From Ascidiella aspersa (lineage: Eukaryota), in contig OZ004613.1 in NCBI GenBank assembly GCA_963924565.1, forward strand, positions 9,672,001 through 9,736,000: a stretch of DNA of 64,000 nucleotides, written 5' to 3'. A program made the translations under genes and the position numbers. Shown in pieces: positions 61,444 to 64,000 of the stretch. Each line of letters starts with the position of its first letter. Positions within the stretch are counted from its first letter, which is position 1. A model generated the notes under the pieces. It saw only the letters and a program-made list of their open reading frames with translations. It was not told the DNA's origin and searched no databases.

Positions 61444-62776
61444 ATGGCTTCATTTTTCGGAGAAGTCCTTCCAGTTGTTTCGCGTGCTGTTGAAGACGAG
61501 GAAAGTGAGGACGAATATAGGTAACCATATAAGTTATGTGAGGTTTTCAACAGTTGATATTTTAGTTGTTAATCAGCACAATTCCTATAAATCTTATCTA
61601 TTTACAGTGAAAGCATTTTTGTGTGGAAACCCTCGGCTACTAAAGAGATTCCACTGAAGACAGTAAATAATTTGGTAATTTCTAATGGAGTAACTGCTTC
61701 AGGTAAGCCAACAAGTAATTTGAAGCTTTCTAGAATAGGTTAACAAAATACCCTTTTTCATAGGTTTTTTGACTTGCTACACAAAGTCATTGAAGGAAGT
61801 TGCAGCAGTTGTGGAAATTAAGGAATCAAAAGGTTAGTAACAAGTTAGAAATGAAAATGAACAATCCATCCTACTTTATTCGATTGTAAAAAGGCCATTC
61901 TTATGTGCAGTGAAAACATTAGCACCAAAAATACAGATTTTTATTTTGAGTGATAACATTTAAAATTGGAATTTTATTTACTTTACATTGATTGCTAACT
62001 TGCAGATAAGCTTGTTGCTCAAATATATTGCGATGATCTTGGAACAACATTTTACTGTATATGTGACTCCTATATACAACCTGACAACCTATGGAGTGTA
62101 AAAGACAAGGTTTGTCTCAAAGTGAAAGAGCTGTATAATATTCATTTATTCAAATAAACCCAATTCCTGTTTAGATATTCGCCAACCTCCATTGTAACAC
62201 CACTACACAAGTTTCCATTCTTGCAACAGAAACTATTTACAATTATCAAAGCCACAAAGCCATGGTAGATCTTTCATTACCCTTTGTTAAGTGTCTCTGT
62301 ACAACAACAAAAACCTCCGAGACACCTCTGTTTGAAGCATTGGAACAACCAAATATGGTCAAAGGTTTAAGAACTGCAGGCAAGTTAATGAAAAAATAGA
62401 TAATAATTCAATGTGCTATTTGTAATGCATTTCCCTGAATTACTTTATAGTGTTGGCCCATTGTGAACTCAACAAAATACCAGCAGTTATGTATGTATGC
62501 TACACTGAGTCCATTACTCCCGACATAGCCACAGTTCACGCATTTTTACCTTTATTACAAACAAGAGCATTCAAAACAAACAAACAGGTAATTATTCTAA
62601 TCTGTTATCAATTTACTCTTTGTTTTCATTCATAACTGATATACTACATAGCCATAGGTAAGGCAGTTTGCTCTTTATTTATTTTTATTGTATTATATAT
62701 ATAGTTAAGGGATAAAGCTTTGGAAGACCTGAAGTCCTTATTGTCATCTGCTTCAACTGAAGGCTTGTACATCTGA
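61444..62776 (+). CDS. PSMG1: Proteasome assembly chaperone 1 (PAC1), 252 aa. Exons 61444-61520, 61608-61702, 61764-61832, 62006-62109, 62175-62379, 62451-62587, 62705-62776
   Basis: MASFFGEV...RAVEDEE N-terminus; LEQPNMVKGLRTAVLAHCELNKIPAVMYVCYT; C-terminal HbYX-type LYI; phases consistent. Confidence 0.9.
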
Positions 62777-63003
62777 GAGAAATACTGGACTCAAGCGAAC
62801 ATAAGAAATCAATGATGGAATTTATTTGCACTATGGACAGAAAAAATAAATCACCGACAAAACTTGTGCTCTACACGAACATTGTTCACTGAGGGCAGCA
62901 TTAGAGGCTATTTTCCACAAGAAAACTTTGCCTTGAAAATGGTTCAAGGAAGTGTTTCCGCATGATTTTGCCAGCTTGGTTGCAGCTTTTTGTGTAAACT
63001 TGC

Positions 63004-63940
63004 TCACAAAAGACCCTGTCGCTGTAGATCCTCAAAGGTTTTCTTGGTGACAACATTTCCGGCGGAGTCCTCAAATTCCTCCTCATTTTCAGCGTTCCAC
63101 CTTTCAGAGTTTTTGGTCTGCTTGATTTTGGTCCACACTGAAATAAAAACAGACTAATTATAATTTAGAAGTTTTTAGGGACAATGTAGGCAAGACCGGA
63201 GTCAGCAAAAAGTTTAGAACAATTTGAGGCAGGAATAATTTTAGCAAATGTTTGGCTAATGACCAAAACCTTTGCAAATAATTTTGGTCGTTAAACACTG
63301 CTTCGGTGAGAAGCCCTGGGCTTGTTTATCAGCAATACTTTTTAATGAGTAATGACACATTTTTAAATTACTGAATCTTTTACTAAAAACGCTTGCCAAA
63401 AACAGCCTATAAGGTGACTCAATGGGTGGTGGGGGTAGCTGACCCATATGCCCATGTCAAACAAAACCTGAATAGCAATTTACAAATTCAACTTACATGC
63501 TAGGGCGTCTTCAATTTGTGTGACGTTGGCGAAATGAGCTGTATTGGGGATTCCCAGACACCTCATTCCATGTGCATGTCTCCATTCCTGTGCAAAAGCA
63601 TTAAAAGCCCCATTAGAAAGTATGACAATAAATATCTCTAAAGCTACTAAAGCCATGTGTGTCTTTTATTGATTTCATTTTCACCTAATTTATCTTAATT
63701 CTTTATTTTAAAATTGTTTAACCTAATTTATTTTATTTGTTGGTGCTACACTTACAGAAAAGTGCCTCTGAAATGCCTTCGGCCCCCTGTAGGTCTGGTT
63801 TCCACAGATCTCGCAGTTATAATTGATGTTGAGCCCGTGCAGCTTGTAGAGCCAGTAGGGAATAGGCTTGCCGTCCCAGCCCAGCGGCAAGTTCTTGGGA
63901 TTGTAAATGATTTCATCTTCCTCATCGTCACTTTCGCTTT
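63004..63940 (-). CDS. SF3A3: Splicing factor 3A subunit 3 (Prp9), last three exons: 63940-63756, 63587-63497, 63137-63004; 5' part beyond the window
   Basis: [31 protein letters not shown]...RHF|[16 protein letters not shown] zinc finger, [11 protein letters not shown]...DLQRQGLL*. Confidence 0.97.
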
Positions 63941-64000
63941 CTGAAGGTGGCCAAAACAAATTTTATAAACTTGAGTATCATTTTTTTAGATATATCAGCA

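Noticed and set aside
1-64000. Autonomous transposon (transposase, RT, integrase)
   Set aside because: No ORF with such motifs was seen; only short non-autonomous elements are present.

Overview
Eukaryotic, intron-rich animal DNA; a tunicate-like invertebrate chordate is my low-confidence guess. Six protein-coding genes were rebuilt by hand from splice signals and reading frames. (1) A 5'-truncated EVA1C/eva-1-like SUEL-lectin receptor on + (7 exons, 9982-53732), with an expanded mucin stalk and a long Q/P-rich tail. (2) Nested antisense inside its 17.7-kb intron, a 14-exon gene I do not recognise (49272-35524). It encodes a ~940-aa type I membrane protein: signal peptide, Cys-rich TSP1-like ectodomain, one TM helix and a long tyrosine-motif-rich tail. 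(3-6) A compact cluster: a BtpA/SgcQ-family gene (-), intronless FAM221A (-), PSMG1 (+, one GC-AG intron) and the 3' end of SF3A3 (-). Introns carry several MITE/foldback families, one Charlie-type hAT MITE with a TSD, and a tRNA-derived element. The most interesting signals are the nested orphan receptor, a possible TM-less EVA1C isoform from an unannotated terminal exon, and an apparent ~0.7-1 kb periodic array of CpG-rich islands over 1-53 kb, each with a C/A-rich left flank and a G/T-rich right flank. Homology calls are from memory and compositional claims were made by eye; both need computation.
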